IMG/VR virus record: IMGVR_UViG_3300048591_000612
Location: 1-47,798 of that record
Length of the DNA: 47,798 nt
Origin: a virus
Lineage: Duplodnaviria; Caudoviricetes
Reading direction: 5' to 3' (one strand)
The position numbers were made by a program, and so were the translations under genes. Under the pieces are notes generated by a model. That model was not told where the DNA came from. It saw nothing but the letters and a program-made list of their open reading frames with translations, and did not search any database. How positions within the stretch are numbered: position 1 is the first letter of the stretch; every line of letters starts with the position of its first letter. This document shows, piece by piece, positions 1 to 9,407 of this stretch.

Positions 1-30
1 AACTACTTACCTCACTTGGTTTTCGTGCTG

Positions 31-290
<260 letters not shown>

Positions 291-327
291 CACAACAACC
301 ACACGATAACGTAACAACACAATACAC

Positions 328-633
328 ATGAACAACACGACACACATACCAACAACCGCCATTGCATCCAATGTTGCGAAACGTATCGTGGCAACATTTC
401 CCGACGTTGTTGGATCGTTCACGATACGTGCGCATCAACCAACACGCAACAACATCGGATCAACACATCATGTTGGATCACATGAATTGGTTCTACATTT
501 CATGCGTCAACATTCGGGCGCAACAATGTACACATTCCACATTGATAACAACGACGTTACGTCGATGGTTGTTGGGATGTTATCAACGGCATTGTTGGCA
601 TCACAACAACAATCACCATCAAACAACGCATGA
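328..633 (+). CDS. hypothetical early protein encoded almost without AG/CT
   Basis: 101 aa ATG ORF downstream of the promoter; only one CT (in CTAC) and no AG in the gene. Confidence 0.6.
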   Translation: MNNTTHIPTTAIASNVAKRIVATFPDVVGSFTIRAHQPTRNNIGSTHHVGSHELVLHFMRQHSGATMYTFHIDNNDVTSMVVGMLSTALLASQQQSPSNNA

Positions 634-733
634 TTATGTTAAAACTACTTCAAACCACACATAAACAATTACGCCATCACCATGCACGCATTTGAAGTTG
701 ATCCACGTAAATAAAACAACGTCATACACAGAC

Positions 734-760
734 ACCTACTGGACATCATGTCCGGTAGGC
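734..760. promoter_or_regulatory. dispersed palindrome copy 1 (GGACA-N3-TGTCC family)
   Basis: ACCTACT-GGACATCATGTCC-GGTAGGC. Confidence 0.85.
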
Positions 761-844
761 GTGTGTGTATCACAACAACGTGGTGCATACGTGACAACAG
801 GCAACCACATGGCCTTGCACATAAACAAAACAACACATACACAT

Positions 845-1219
845 ATGAAAACTTCAATCGTCGCCATGACAGTATTAAATGGCACAACAACAACGCACAT
901 TGTATGCACAGATATGCATATGGAACCATTCTCCATCGTCATGCACACAACAATGGGCATCATCAAACGACTAACGATCGTACCAATTGGAGATGAGGCA
1001 TACACAATACCTTTCACATCAAACGTGGAAGAACACATCATGATGAATGAAATCTTCGGACCACTCATGGCAAGGGATATGATGTGCGCATTATCTACAC
1101 TCATGGAACATGAGCTCATCGACGTTGATGTGGATAGTTTCCTCGAATGGTACAACATATTCATGATCATTGATGAGTATACGCAAAACAATCTATATAC
1201 GTCACACAACAACTCATAA
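845..1219 (+). CDS. hypothetical protein
   Basis: ORF 692..1219; ATG 845 (MKTSIV) preferred over TTG 692, start uncertain. Confidence 0.55.
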   Translation: MKTSIVAMTVLNGTTTTHIVCTDMHMEPFSIVMHTTMGIIKRLTIVPIGDEAYTIPFTSNVEEHIMMNEIFGPLMARDMMCALSTLMEHELIDVDVDSFLEWYNIFMIIDEYTQNNLYTSHNNS

Positions 1220-1230
1220 AACACACCACC

Positions 1231-1638
1231 ATGTACAACATTCTTAGCCACAAGATCAATTCATACACATCACCTTCAACGAACATCACAGTTCCAATGT
1301 CAATCGACATCACGAATGACTGGGAGTCGTATGATGCACAAACACTTTACAAAATACACAAAGACATGATGAGAGAGTATATCTCATGTGCTGAATCCCA
1401 GGAGATACTCCGCACACTCCACTACGTGATGTACTACAACGCACGAGTGATGCGCCTTCGAGATGGATGCGTACTCACAATGCATGACATTAATCTCCCG
1501 TCGTATAAAGCAGATGAGTCAATGGCAACACAAGAAGCCGCAGAGAAATATCTTGCCGCAGAATCTGAAGACATATCGTACTGCATGACTCGTCACGTAC
1601 TCGAACAGCACAACATCACATACATTGAGGAGGAATAA
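1231..1638 (+). CDS. hypothetical protein
   Basis: 135 aa ORF in a tightly packed early operon. Confidence 0.7.
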   Translation: MYNILSHKINSYTSPSTNITVPMSIDITNDWESYDAQTLYKIHKDMMREYISCAESQEILRTLHYVMYYNARVMRLRDGCVLTMHDINLPSYKADESMATQEAAEKYLAAESEDISYCMTRHVLEQHNITYIEEE

Positions 1639-1639
1639 C

Positions 1640-1828
1640 ATGGGACGACTTATGTTGATCATACTCATACTACTATGTGCATTCGTAACTTTCTTTCTCT
1701 ACAAGATAGTAACCATCGGCAATGGAGGTATATTGGATTCATTCGCCCTTTGGTTATTCATCATGTTAGACATGATACTGATTCACACACTATACACCGA
1801 ACACATCGCATCTAAGGAGCAATCATGA
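1640..1828 (+). CDS. small two-TM membrane protein
   Basis: GAGGAGG RBS then ATG 1640; two hydrophobic stretches. Confidence 0.65.
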   Translation: MGRLMLIILILLCAFVTFFLYKIVTIGNGGILDSFALWLFIMLDMILIHTLYTEHIASKEQS

Positions 1829-2079
1829 AAACTACAGTAACATACAAAGGACCGGAAAGTGAGAAACTTCATCGTGCCATTAACGATGTTAAATCGTATA
1901 TCAGTGAAGATCATTTCAATCGCATTATAGATGAGATGCGTAAAGTACCTCTCGATAAACGATCATTCTCCTCATTCCAATTCATGATGAGTTTTGCCGG
2001 AGTGCAAGGTTATCCATGTATTGCAATCTGGTGGTACGCATACAATGAACTTCCAACCATAACAACAGAGGAAGTATGA
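1825..2079 (+). CDS. hypothetical protein
   Basis: AAGGAG RBS, ATGA overlap with upstream gene. Confidence 0.7.
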   Translation: MKTTVTYKGPESEKLHRAINDVKSYISEDHFNRIIDEMRKVPLDKRSFSSFQFMMSFAGVQGYPCIAIWWYAYNELPTITTEEV

Positions 2080-2381
2080 ATCCACATAAACACCTATACG
2101 CCATAGAAAGACGTAATGCACGACTCCAAGTACGCGCACTCGAAATACAGATCCATGCGTATGAACGAGGTTGGAAAACAGAACAACAGTTTCAAAAACT
2201 CCTAAAGATGGAAGAGATGCACAAAGGTATCATACGTGCATACAATCTCAATGGTGAGATTCAACCTGTCACAACATTCGATAGATGGATCAACTTTAAG
2301 ACACCAGGCATATACCTACGCATACCGCGTAGGCGTACACGTAACACAATCCTACGCGTAACACAAAGGCATCAACAATGA
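2076..2381 (+). CDS. hypothetical basic protein
   Basis: ATGA-coupled ORF, 101 aa. Confidence 0.6.
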   Translation: MNPHKHLYAIERRNARLQVRALEIQIHAYERGWKTEQQFQKLLKMEEMHKGIIRAYNLNGEIQPVTTFDRWINFKTPGIYLRIPRRRTRNTILRVTQRHQQ

Positions 2382-2695
2382 TCACAGTCATTAAGACACC
2401 ACCTCCCGGACATCATGTCCATTACATGGTTGTGGAGTATGTAGACGCATATAATAAACGTCACTTATATTCATACCCAACAACAAACCTGCCAGTACAG
2501 CAACTCCCAACACTGTTGGCAGAGGCTACATCAACATATAAAGTGAAGGGGTATATATCCTTCTACATTGAGACGGAACCAAAGGGTGCGGTGTTCACAA
2601 TACCTCATAGCATTGAGGAAGTGCCTTCAATGACCCTCTTCCGTATCATCACAAACGCACTATCAATCGCAACCAACTTAGATCGAATACCATGA
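2378..2695 (+). CDS. hypothetical protein
   Basis: ATGA-coupled ORF, 105 aa. Confidence 0.6.
   Translation: MITVIKTPPPGHHVHYMVVEYVDAYNKRHLYSYPTTNLPVQQLPTLLAEATSTYKVKGYISFYIETEPKGAVFTIPHSIEEVPSMTLFRIITNALSIATNLDRIP
2401..2427. promoter_or_regulatory. dispersed palindrome copy 2 (intragenic)
   Basis: ACCTCCC-GGACATCATGTCC-ATTACAT. Confidence 0.7.
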
Positions 2696-2880
2696 ACTTA
2701 ATCATTCAAACTATCATGCGTCGTGATAACCTCACACACGATGAAGCACAGGATATGTTCGACGACTTCATATCTGAAATAGAAGACATGACATCACTCG
2801 ATGAGATAGAGGATGCACTCATGTCTACATTCGGACTCGAACCTGATTACATTGACGAAGTCTTGGAGTACCTATCATGA
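2692..2880 (+). CDS. small acidic hypothetical protein
   Basis: 62 aa, D/E-rich, ATGA-coupled. Confidence 0.7.
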   Translation: MNLIIQTIMRRDNLTHDEAQDMFDDFISEIEDMTSLDEIEDALMSTFGLEPDYIDEVLEYLS

Positions 2881-3053
2881 GCACATTCAAACTCGACACC
2901 TCACAACCCATCCGAACAACATCCGTTAAGAAAATAACTCGTCACGGTACACGAGTCCGGGGAATTGAGAAGAAGAATCCATATTGGTACCTCCCCACAA
3001 CACACCGAGTACCTGAAGACCCTCCTTCATACAGAGAGGAGGTGGAAAAATAA
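2877..3053 (+). CDS. small hypothetical protein (58 aa, not in the ORF track)
   Basis: ATGA overlap at 2877; translated by hand as MSTFKLDTSQPIRTTS...YREEVEK, TAA at 3051-3053. Confidence 0.45.
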   Translation: MSTFKLDTSQPIRTTSVKKITRHGTRVRGIEKKNPYWYLPTTHRVPEDPPSYREEVEK

Positions 3054-3095
3054 TTTTACAACTACCTTGCATATGTGGTATATTGTGCATATATT
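3047..3095 (+). promoter_or_regulatory. sigma70-like promoter with conserved upstream element
   Basis: AAAATAATTTTACAACTACC, TTGCAT (3067-3072), 17 bp, TATATT (3090-3095); upstream block near-identical to the one before 8326. Confidence 0.7.
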
Positions 3096-3153
3096 GCCAT
3101 ATCATGCAAACCGAACACACACCTCAACTACCACAACATAATAGGGCAAACAT

Positions 3154-3576
3154 ATGAGAAAGTACAAAAACGGTATGACAAACTTTGATACATACCACGC
3201 AGACATTGAAGATCACAATTCCGTTATTGATGTGTTAGATCAGCTCATCAAGAAAGCGGTTGAGTTCAAATCCTTCCTTGAGAAGAGAGATAAAGATGAG
3301 ATCAACAAGATCGACCCAATCCATTACAACTTCATAATCGCTGTACCTAACCTCGATCATGACAGTATGATAGTTGGATCCTTCGGTCACCTGGGGGCTG
3401 TCGCAAAGACAGTGTGTCATGCGATAGAGGATATCGGTATATCATCTATGTTTGTACGAGCCGAAGCAGACCTCTTACTGGATAAACACTTCACACCCGA
3501 TGATGAAGATGAGGATGTTATCCCCACACCTTTTGATGTAGATAAATCCTTCAACACACAAAACAACGAGACATAA
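3154..3576 (+). CDS. hypothetical acidic protein
   Basis: 140 aa ORF after the promoter. Confidence 0.7.
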   Translation: MRKYKNGMTNFDTYHADIEDHNSVIDVLDQLIKKAVEFKSFLEKRDKDEINKIDPIHYNFIIAVPNLDHDSMIVGSFGHLGAVAKTVCHAIEDIGISSMFVRAEADLLLDKHFTPDDEDEDVIPTPFDVDKSFNTQNNET

Positions 3577-3577
3577 T

Positions 3578-4126
3578 ATGACAAACATTGAAGTTCAAAT
3601 CATGAACCAACACCAAGATGTAATGGACTCGGAAGAGTTCAACGAATACATCGCCTTATGCGAAAAGCATGGGATCACTGCACGTGACACAGTACCTTCA
3701 GGATACTGGGAGCCTGACGCATACGAGCGTAGGGTGATCGGTACAATCTTCAGTCGTGTGATTGAACTCACGGCGTATAAGGAGAGTATCCCTCTCCGTG
3801 TCCTGACAGAGTTGGACAAGGTGAAGAAGGATGATAAGTATTACTACATCCTCACACCTGAAAGTGACCCCGATCCATTCCTTGTGGAGTCGGATTATCA
3901 GTACAGTTGGGGAGTCCTCACTCGTCCATTCACCGTGATAGCACGATGGGGTACACACCTTCCGGATATGCCGGAGATGGAGAAGCGTGCAGTGGAGTTG
4001 ACAAAAGTCAAACTCTTTGAGTACGTGCAGAAGCTACAAACTGCACTCCATCATGTTAATTCTGACCTCGATGCGCAGGCACGGGCTGTACTATATGGTA
4101 ATGAGCCACAGTCAATTACATTCTGA
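3578..4126 (+). CDS. hypothetical protein
   Basis: 182 aa ORF; DPDPFLV...ARWG segment. Confidence 0.75.
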   Translation: MTNIEVQIMNQHQDVMDSEEFNEYIALCEKHGITARDTVPSGYWEPDAYERRVIGTIFSRVIELTAYKESIPLRVLTELDKVKKDDKYYYILTPESDPDPFLVESDYQYSWGVLTRPFTVIARWGTHLPDMPEMEKRAVELTKVKLFEYVQKLQTALHHVNSDLDAQARAVLYGNEPQSITF

Positions 4127-4283
4127 TTTATTGGTTAACAGAATGTATGCTCTGCATCACCTTGACCAGTGGTGCAGTCTTTTGTTTCCATGTGTATAGT
4201 TGTGGTGTATGTGTAACACAACTCTTCCTGCGTGCTGTGATAGGTGCGCAGGTATTCTCTCCCTTAACTAAAACCATAACAAG

Positions 4284-4457
4284 ATGTACCTAACATACAT
4301 AGGTGTACTATCGTTAGTCGTAATCGCAATCATCCTTCTCCTTGTCGCAGAAAGTCATATACGCAAAGGGGAAGATGCAATGGGATACGTACTTGCGAGT
4401 ATCATCACCTTATCAACTGCAATAATCACCCTCATTATAACAATCCTATGGACTTAA
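4284..4457 (+). CDS. small two-TM membrane protein (57 aa, not in the ORF track)
   Basis: Hand translation MYLTYIGVLSLVVIAIILLLVAESHIRKGEDAMGYVLASIITLSTAIITLIITILWT. Confidence 0.55.
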   Translation: MYLTYIGVLSLVVIAIILLLVAESHIRKGEDAMGYVLASIITLSTAIITLIITILWT

Positions 4458-4678
4458 CAATCACCAATAGTATTCCTGCAAGTGAGAGGAATAAATACCC
4501 CGCTGACTTCCATGTCATACTGGAAGAAGCAGTACGTGTCGCACGATCTGGTCGTGTGGCTTGCATCTCTGGGGAAGTACATGAGCTCATGCGCTTTCGT
4601 GCCTTCCTCTACAACGTAGGACCAATGGATATACAAACTCGCCTCGGCTTTGAAGGGACGGTGCTGTATGTATTCTGA
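4448..4678 (+). CDS. hypothetical protein
   Basis: 76 aa ORF in operon. Confidence 0.6.
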   Translation: MDLTITNSIPASERNKYPADFHVILEEAVRVARSGRVACISGEVHELMRFRAFLYNVGPMDIQTRLGFEGTVLYVF

Positions 4679-4958
4679 TCCAATTTCCGAAATACCTAAT
4701 GTGAATGAATCAAAGATCATTAGTGAGATAACTAAATTACGAAGTCAAGTAGATCAAGTACATGACATCTTATTGCAGATACGCATGAAGTTAAAACCTG
4801 TGTTAAAGAACCTACCAAAAGGACCTACTGGTGAGTCAGGTCCTAGTGTACATCCAAAAGTAGGTGCACCAGTGTATGAGAAGATACGTTCTGTATCATC
4901 TGACATCAATCTCTTAAGAGGCTACGCAGTAACACTAATGGAGGATATTGACTTATGA
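4668..4958 (+). CDS. hypothetical coiled-coil protein
   Basis: ATG 4668 in frame with ORF 4650..4958. Confidence 0.6.
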   Translation: MYSDPISEIPNVNESKIISEITKLRSQVDQVHDILLQIRMKLKPVLKNLPKGPTGESGPSVHPKVGAPVYEKIRSVSSDINLLRGYAVTLMEDIDL

Positions 4959-5305
4959 AATACTACATTGGCGCACATGAGGGTAACCTCGAAGAGAAGA
5001 TTGCTGAGGATGCCTATACGTATTACAGTGAAGGCGGTGATCGCTTTTACAACTTCACCGGTACTGCGTGGGAAGAGATCACAGACACGCTCGCCTCACA
5101 TGGTTTCACTGAAGTTGAGAGAGAAGTGTATGAGGCAATACGTGAAGCGAATCCATCTTTACGCATCGCTCTTAGTAACTATCTGATATATTCAGGTGAC
5201 ACACCATTCCCACAGGATGCGTATAATGATAAGTACATATCGTACTTTCAAGAGCTGACAAATACCATACATCATATACTAACCATTAAAAATAAGTTAC
5301 CATAA
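4955..5305 (+). CDS. hypothetical protein
   Basis: GGAGG RBS, ATGA overlap. Confidence 0.7.
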   Translation: MKYYIGAHEGNLEEKIAEDAYTYYSEGGDRFYNFTGTAWEEITDTLASHGFTEVEREVYEAIREANPSLRIALSNYLIYSGDTPFPQDAYNDKYISYFQELTNTIHHILTIKNKLP

Positions 5306-5868
5306 TGGACACAACACTACCCTGCGTAAAACCTCGTGTCGGTTTCCGATACAAGACGAGGATTGGTATTACTACACTTCCAATGAGGTTGAATACAGAT
5401 CTGTCTACTGCTAAGTACAAATTCACAGCTCAGCTATCAGATGGAGACTACGCTTCGTGGAAAGAGAATGGTCACTTCAAATCTGATGACGAAGTGTGGA
5501 AGTGGGACCTTGTACAAGAGCTCCCGATTGATTGGTGTGACTTTACTGTTGAGGCTGAGACACCGTATGGTAAGGGAATGACTTTCCGTTTTCTTGACAC
5601 TATCATATACCAAACAATCTCATCGCAGAGATTAAAGTTTGTATATACAGTCAGTCTCCCACGTGATTCATCTCAGCCTCGTGAAACAGAGTGGTATAGC
5701 CCACAAGAAGCTCTTGCTATTGTGAGGAAGCATTATGCGGAGAGCAGTCCTTCAATTACTGCCCAACTATCTTTGCTCGACACAAAGACACGTGTGATGA
5801 TGGATGAACTTCTCATTATGCGGAAGAAGATTCAAGACATGATGGAATGTTCTAATCACATAAGATGA
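5305..5868 (+). CDS. hypothetical protein
   Basis: 187 aa, TAATG coupling. Confidence 0.7.
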   Translation: MDTTLPCVKPRVGFRYKTRIGITTLPMRLNTDLSTAKYKFTAQLSDGDYASWKENGHFKSDDEVWKWDLVQELPIDWCDFTVEAETPYGKGMTFRFLDTIIYQTISSQRLKFVYTVSLPRDSSQPRETEWYSPQEALAIVRKHYAESSPSITAQLSLLDTKTRVMMDELLIMRKKIQDMMECSNHIR

Positions 5869-5889
5869 ACACCCTTTAAGCTATCAACA

Positions 5890-5988
5890 ATGATAATACC
5901 TGAAGGTATCCTAATAACCTGGGGTGCACTACTCCTAACTGCTATCATCATCATAGTATGGAACACAATAAAGTGCATGAGGAAGTGA
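5890..5988 (+). CDS. single-TM micropeptide (32 aa)
   Basis: Hand translation MIIPEGILITWGALLLTAIIIIVWNTIKCMRK. Confidence 0.45.
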   Translation: MIIPEGILITWGALLLTAIIIIVWNTIKCMRK

Positions 5989-6212
5989 GAGCAACTCCAG
6001 CAATCGACGACTACGTATTCAATCAATTTAAGATTGGTATCGTTACCGATGTAGATATAGAGAACGATATCGTCTGGGTTGAGTACGTACCTCTTCGATT
6101 ATCCAAATTCCTACAAGTGCGTAAGCCAGTACCTGGGCCTACGGACACAACACTTTGTTGGATTCACTACGACCAGATTAAACGAAAACGTAAGATGGAT
6201 AAAAGAAAATGA
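5958..6212 (+). CDS. hypothetical protein
   Basis: 84 aa ORF; start may be GTG 5985. Confidence 0.55.
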   Translation: MEHNKVHEEVRATPAIDDYVFNQFKIGIVTDVDIENDIVWVEYVPLRLSKFLQVRKPVPGPTDTTLCWIHYDQIKRKRKMDKRK

Positions 6213-6577
6213 ACTATGTTGAGATAGATGGTAAGGAATACCTACCTCTTCCCGAGTATGGGGAACTCATGGGTCTAACAAGTAAGACAGTCAACCACTA
6301 CGCATGGAGTGGTAAGGTTGAAACAATCAAAGTCGGACATTACCGTTACGTGCCTAAAGATGTGGTTGAAGCTAACTTGAAGAAGTCTACATATAAGCCA
6401 ATCAGGACAGTGGATACGTTCAGACGTGATCTGATCGCACAGATTTATGTGGCGATGGTAGTGTCTTCTGAACAAGAATATAAGGATAAAGGGGAAGCAT
6501 TGTTGGCTGAGTGCGCTATATCCATTGCCGACACTCTCATCAAAGCGATGGAGGGGGGTAGTGAGCATGGTAACTAA
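6209..6577 (+). CDS. excisionase/MerR-like winged-HTH DNA-binding protein
   Basis: YLPLPEYGELMGLTSKTVNHYAWSGKVETIKVGHYRYVP fits the HTH_17/Xis-like pattern. Confidence 0.65.
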   Translation: MNYVEIDGKEYLPLPEYGELMGLTSKTVNHYAWSGKVETIKVGHYRYVPKDVVEANLKKSTYKPIRTVDTFRRDLIAQIYVAMVVSSEQEYKDKGEALLAECAISIADTLIKAMEGGSEHGN

Positions 6578-6755
6578 GAAGCCATCTCAACGGTGTGGTA
6601 AAGGGGCATGCCCTTTCTACGATAAGCACAACAAGATAAGCGGTTGCGTAAAGTTTGATGATCGACGCAACTGTTCGATAAGTATGAAGCAACGGAGAAA
6701 ATCCGCATACAAGTCAAGAAAACGTGCAGATGAAAACGATATGAAAGGGTGGTGA
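6567..6755 (+). CDS. small Cys-rich basic protein
   Basis: Four Cys (CGKGACPF...C...C); ATG 6567 after GGAGGGGG. Confidence 0.5.
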   Translation: MVTKKPSQRCGKGACPFYDKHNKISGCVKFDDRRNCSISMKQRRKSAYKSRKRADENDMKGW

Positions 6756-6805
6756 TGATAATGCGCCGCCTTAACCAAGAACGACAAACTAACAAAGGGC
6801 ACATT

Positions 6806-7084
6806 ATGACTGATTTCAAAAAATATCGTCGCACCCAGATAGCGGAGATGCGGCCCGTAACCGAAGCTGATATTCGTGCCTTTGAGCAAGACCAACATCT
6901 ACACGTTATGAAAGATCACGAGTTTAAGGTCTCTATATCAGACGCAGACCTCTCGAAGGGTTCGCCAAAGCTGGGCGACATGATCGCACGAAATCCAAAG
7001 AGCCACAACGACCAATGGCTTGTGGCGGAGCAATACTTCAAGGATAACTTTGAAGCGATCGGTGCGGGGGAGGAGCAACCATGA
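6806..7084 (+). CDS. phage hypothetical protein
   Basis: MTDFKKYRRTQIAEMRP...GDMIARNP...DQWLV pattern typical of small phage proteins. Confidence 0.65.
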   Translation: MTDFKKYRRTQIAEMRPVTEADIRAFEQDQHLHVMKDHEFKVSISDADLSKGSPKLGDMIARNPKSHNDQWLVAEQYFKDNFEAIGAGEEQP

Positions 7085-7437
7085 ACATCAATGACCTATT
7101 CTGCACACCCAAACAAGGGCGACGGCTTGCCGAGCTTGTGCCTGAACTGACGAGTGTATATATGCACGTTCATATGCACGAGAAGAACTCCCAAACGGTG
7201 TATTGGACGATAATGGAGACCCGCCTCTACAAATACTCGTGGCAACATAGGTTATCTTACCCCGCCCTCACGCTCCAAGAGTTGAGGGATGTGGCGAGCG
7301 AACACCACATGCACCGCCGATTCCGTCTCATGGGAGCTGAACGACTCGAAACGTGGCAAAAGGCTACGGCATCCATGACCGCCCCCGAACTCGCCGCTTG
7401 GGTGATCGAAAGATTGGAGGAACATAAAGATGGTTGA
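7081..7437 (+). CDS. hypothetical protein
   Basis: GGAGGAG RBS, ATGA overlap. Confidence 0.65.
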   Translation: MNINDLFCTPKQGRRLAELVPELTSVYMHVHMHEKNSQTVYWTIMETRLYKYSWQHRLSYPALTLQELRDVASEHHMHRRFRLMGAERLETWQKATASMTAPELAAWVIERLEEHKDG

Positions 7438-7567
7438 CTTCACCTCCCCCTTCACAGATGAGCACCTACAAACCCTCATGGGTGTAGGTATGATTGTATG
7501 GATCCTCCTGGGAATGATCCGTATAGTACAAACAATAATCCCTAACCATAAACGTAAAGACCTATGA
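7430..7567 (+). CDS. single-TM micropeptide (45 aa)
   Basis: GGAGG RBS; MVDFTSPFTDEHLQTLMGVGMIVWILLGMIRIVQTIIPNHKRKDL; ATGA overlap with the next gene. Confidence 0.5.
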   Translation: MVDFTSPFTDEHLQTLMGVGMIVWILLGMIRIVQTIIPNHKRKDL

Positions 7568-7941
7568 ACCTATACGACCGCATCACGAAAGATGTTGTAC
7601 TCCGATCGGAGCTGGATGATATGGCAACACGCCTTTTGAAAGCAACGAAGGAAGCACAGACATACAAAGCACGCAGTGAGGAGTTAAGAGAATCACTGCA
7701 TGACTCTGACGTCACACTACATAGGCTTACAACCTATGTAGATAACAACCCAGATAAGGATAGTGTCACACTACAGCACTTCCCTTTGAAGAGGTATGTT
7801 GTAGTACATAAGAAGACAAAAGAGATTGTCGCTAACCTAATGGCGACAAGACCTATCAACACACCTCATCTATTCTGTGTGGAAGTCGGCTTGAATGATG
7901 CATACACAGTTGGTGAGAAATATGAAGAGCTCCCAATATAA
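7564..7941 (+). CDS. hypothetical protein
   Basis: 125 aa ORF. Confidence 0.65.
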   Translation: MNLYDRITKDVVLRSELDDMATRLLKATKEAQTYKARSEELRESLHDSDVTLHRLTTYVDNNPDKDSVTLQHFPLKRYVVVHKKTKEIVANLMATRPINTPHLFCVEVGLNDAYTVGEKYEELPI

Positions 7942-8312
7942 TGGCACTTGTACCTATTGAAGCACGAGTCGACTCAACAGAGTTGGCACAGATCCTTCTA
8001 TATTTTGACGAGAGAGGGATCATAATAGATACGAAGTCTGAACTCCTTCGCATGGTCACAACCTTACTTGCAACCTTGTTAATGGATAATGGTAAGATTA
8101 AACCTATCACAGAGGAAGATGGACTTCGCATAATTAAAAGTCGTTTTGTAATAAGTGATCGTGGTAAACGATCTATTCAAAGAGCACTACAAGGGATTCA
8201 CATTAGTGAAGATTCCCTCGACGTGGTGGACCTTCCTACTATGCCCGCTAGTAAGAAGATGATGGATGATGCAATGGAGGCATTACGCAGATTCAACGAG
8301 GATGAAAAATAA
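7941..8312 (+). CDS. hypothetical protein, possibly DNA-binding
   Basis: 123 aa, TAATG coupling; RHH-like N-terminus. Confidence 0.65.
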   Translation: MALVPIEARVDSTELAQILLYFDERGIIIDTKSELLRMVTTLLATLLMDNGKIKPITEEDGLRIIKSRFVISDRGKRSIQRALQGIHISEDSLDVVDLPTMPASKKMMDDAMEALRRFNEDEK

Positions 8313-8354
8313 TTTTTCAACTACCTTGACAATGGCGTATAAATGTGTTAAATT
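8307..8354 (+). promoter_or_regulatory. strong sigma70-like promoter
   Basis: Perfect TTGACA (8326-8331), 17 bp, TAAATT (8349-8354) preceded by TG; AT-rich upstream element shared with the 3067 promoter. Confidence 0.75.
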
Positions 8355-8381
8355 GTATTATTCCACAATAGGGAACCAGTC

Positions 8382-8408
8382 ACCTTCTGGACACAATGTC
8401 CGATAGGT
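8382..8408. promoter_or_regulatory. dispersed palindrome copy 3
   Basis: ACCTTCT-GGACACAATGTCC-GATAGGT. Confidence 0.85.
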
Positions 8409-8441
8409 GATAATATCACAACTCAAATAACAGGAGATAAG

Positions 8442-8792
8442 ATGGAAAATGTACAAACCAGTAAGGTTATTGACGGTAACAAAGTTGAAGTCGTAACCGA
8501 GTACAATTTTGGTGCGGATCTGAACGAAGCAGTATCTTTGTTTGGTGAGTCACTTGTGTATGAATACTTCAAAGCCAATGCAACAGTTCGCCTTCAGGCG
8601 TTCGTTCGCACAAGGATTGAAGCAGGGAAGTCAGCTGACGAGATCCAAGAGGAAGCAAACCAGTGGAAGCCTGGTGAAGTCAAGCGTTCTTCCAAAGATC
8701 CGAAAGAGGAAATCGCAAAGCAGTTCGCCAAGCTATCTCCAGAGCAGCAAGCTGCCTACCTGGAATCGCTTCGTGCGCAGTTGGGGGTGTGA
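8442..8792 (+). CDS. hypothetical protein in its own promoter-terminator unit
   Basis: CAGGAG RBS; 116 aa; C-terminal KQFAKLSPEQQAAYL helix. Confidence 0.85.
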   Translation: MENVQTSKVIDGNKVEVVTEYNFGADLNEAVSLFGESLVYEYFKANATVRLQAFVRTRIEAGKSADEIQEEANQWKPGEVKRSSKDPKEEIAKQFAKLSPEQQAAYLESLRAQLGV

Positions 8793-8804
8793 TATCCTCA
8801 TTGT

Positions 8805-8842
8805 GGAGGGGCGGAGGTGTAAAAGCCTTCGCCTCTTTTTTT
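8805..8842 (+). terminator. intrinsic terminator
   Basis: GAGGGGCGGAGG-TGTAAAAG-CCTTCGCCTCTT hairpin followed by a T run. Confidence 0.8.
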
Positions 8843-8869
8843 ACTAATAGATACACAAATTTGAGGCAT

Positions 8870-9112
8870 ATGAAATCTTACACAACTACCGCTTATGTCA
8901 CGTTGCGGTTAACTAAAGAGGTGACAGCGTCTGATGTTGATGAAGCAGACGCAAGTGTACGAGAAGAACTCGAAGCACTTAAATCACAGATTGCTGACGG
9001 ATCTCCCTTCACTGTTGAATACTTTGAGGCTGATGATATCGAAGTAGTGGGCGGTGATGATGAACCTGAAGATGATCGTGACAGAGATGAGCGTAGGGGG
9101 TACTATGATTGA
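8870..9112 (+). CDS. acidic hypothetical protein
   Basis: GAGG RBS, ATG 8870. Confidence 0.65.
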   Translation: MKSYTTTAYVTLRLTKEVTASDVDEADASVREELEALKSQIADGSPFTVEYFEADDIEVVGGDDEPEDDRDRDERRGYYD

Positions 9113-9407
9113 GTATGATAAGAGAGTGGATAACCTCCTCTCAGTCCTACATCGTGAGGGTAACCTTGAAGAGTTAGTCGAATCGTATCTTGCGATTGAT
9201 GAAGTATTCTCTCAAGCTCATGTCGTTAAAGAGATCGAAGCGATTGCGAAAGAACGTATCGGTAATGTATCTGATGAAGAGTTATCTCGTATCATCAACG
9301 GCATTAAGGATATGCTTCGCACAGGTTCTGCCGTAGCGCAAACTATAACATCAATGGCTGCTATGCAGATCTTAAAGGAGAGCAACAATGCAGGAACCGT
9401 TAACTGA
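9105..9407 (+). CDS. hypothetical protein
   Basis: AGGGGG RBS, ATG 9105. Confidence 0.65.
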   Translation: MIEYDKRVDNLLSVLHREGNLEELVESYLAIDEVFSQAHVVKEIEAIAKERIGNVSDEELSRIINGIKDMLRTGSAVAQTITSMAAMQILKESNNAGTVN

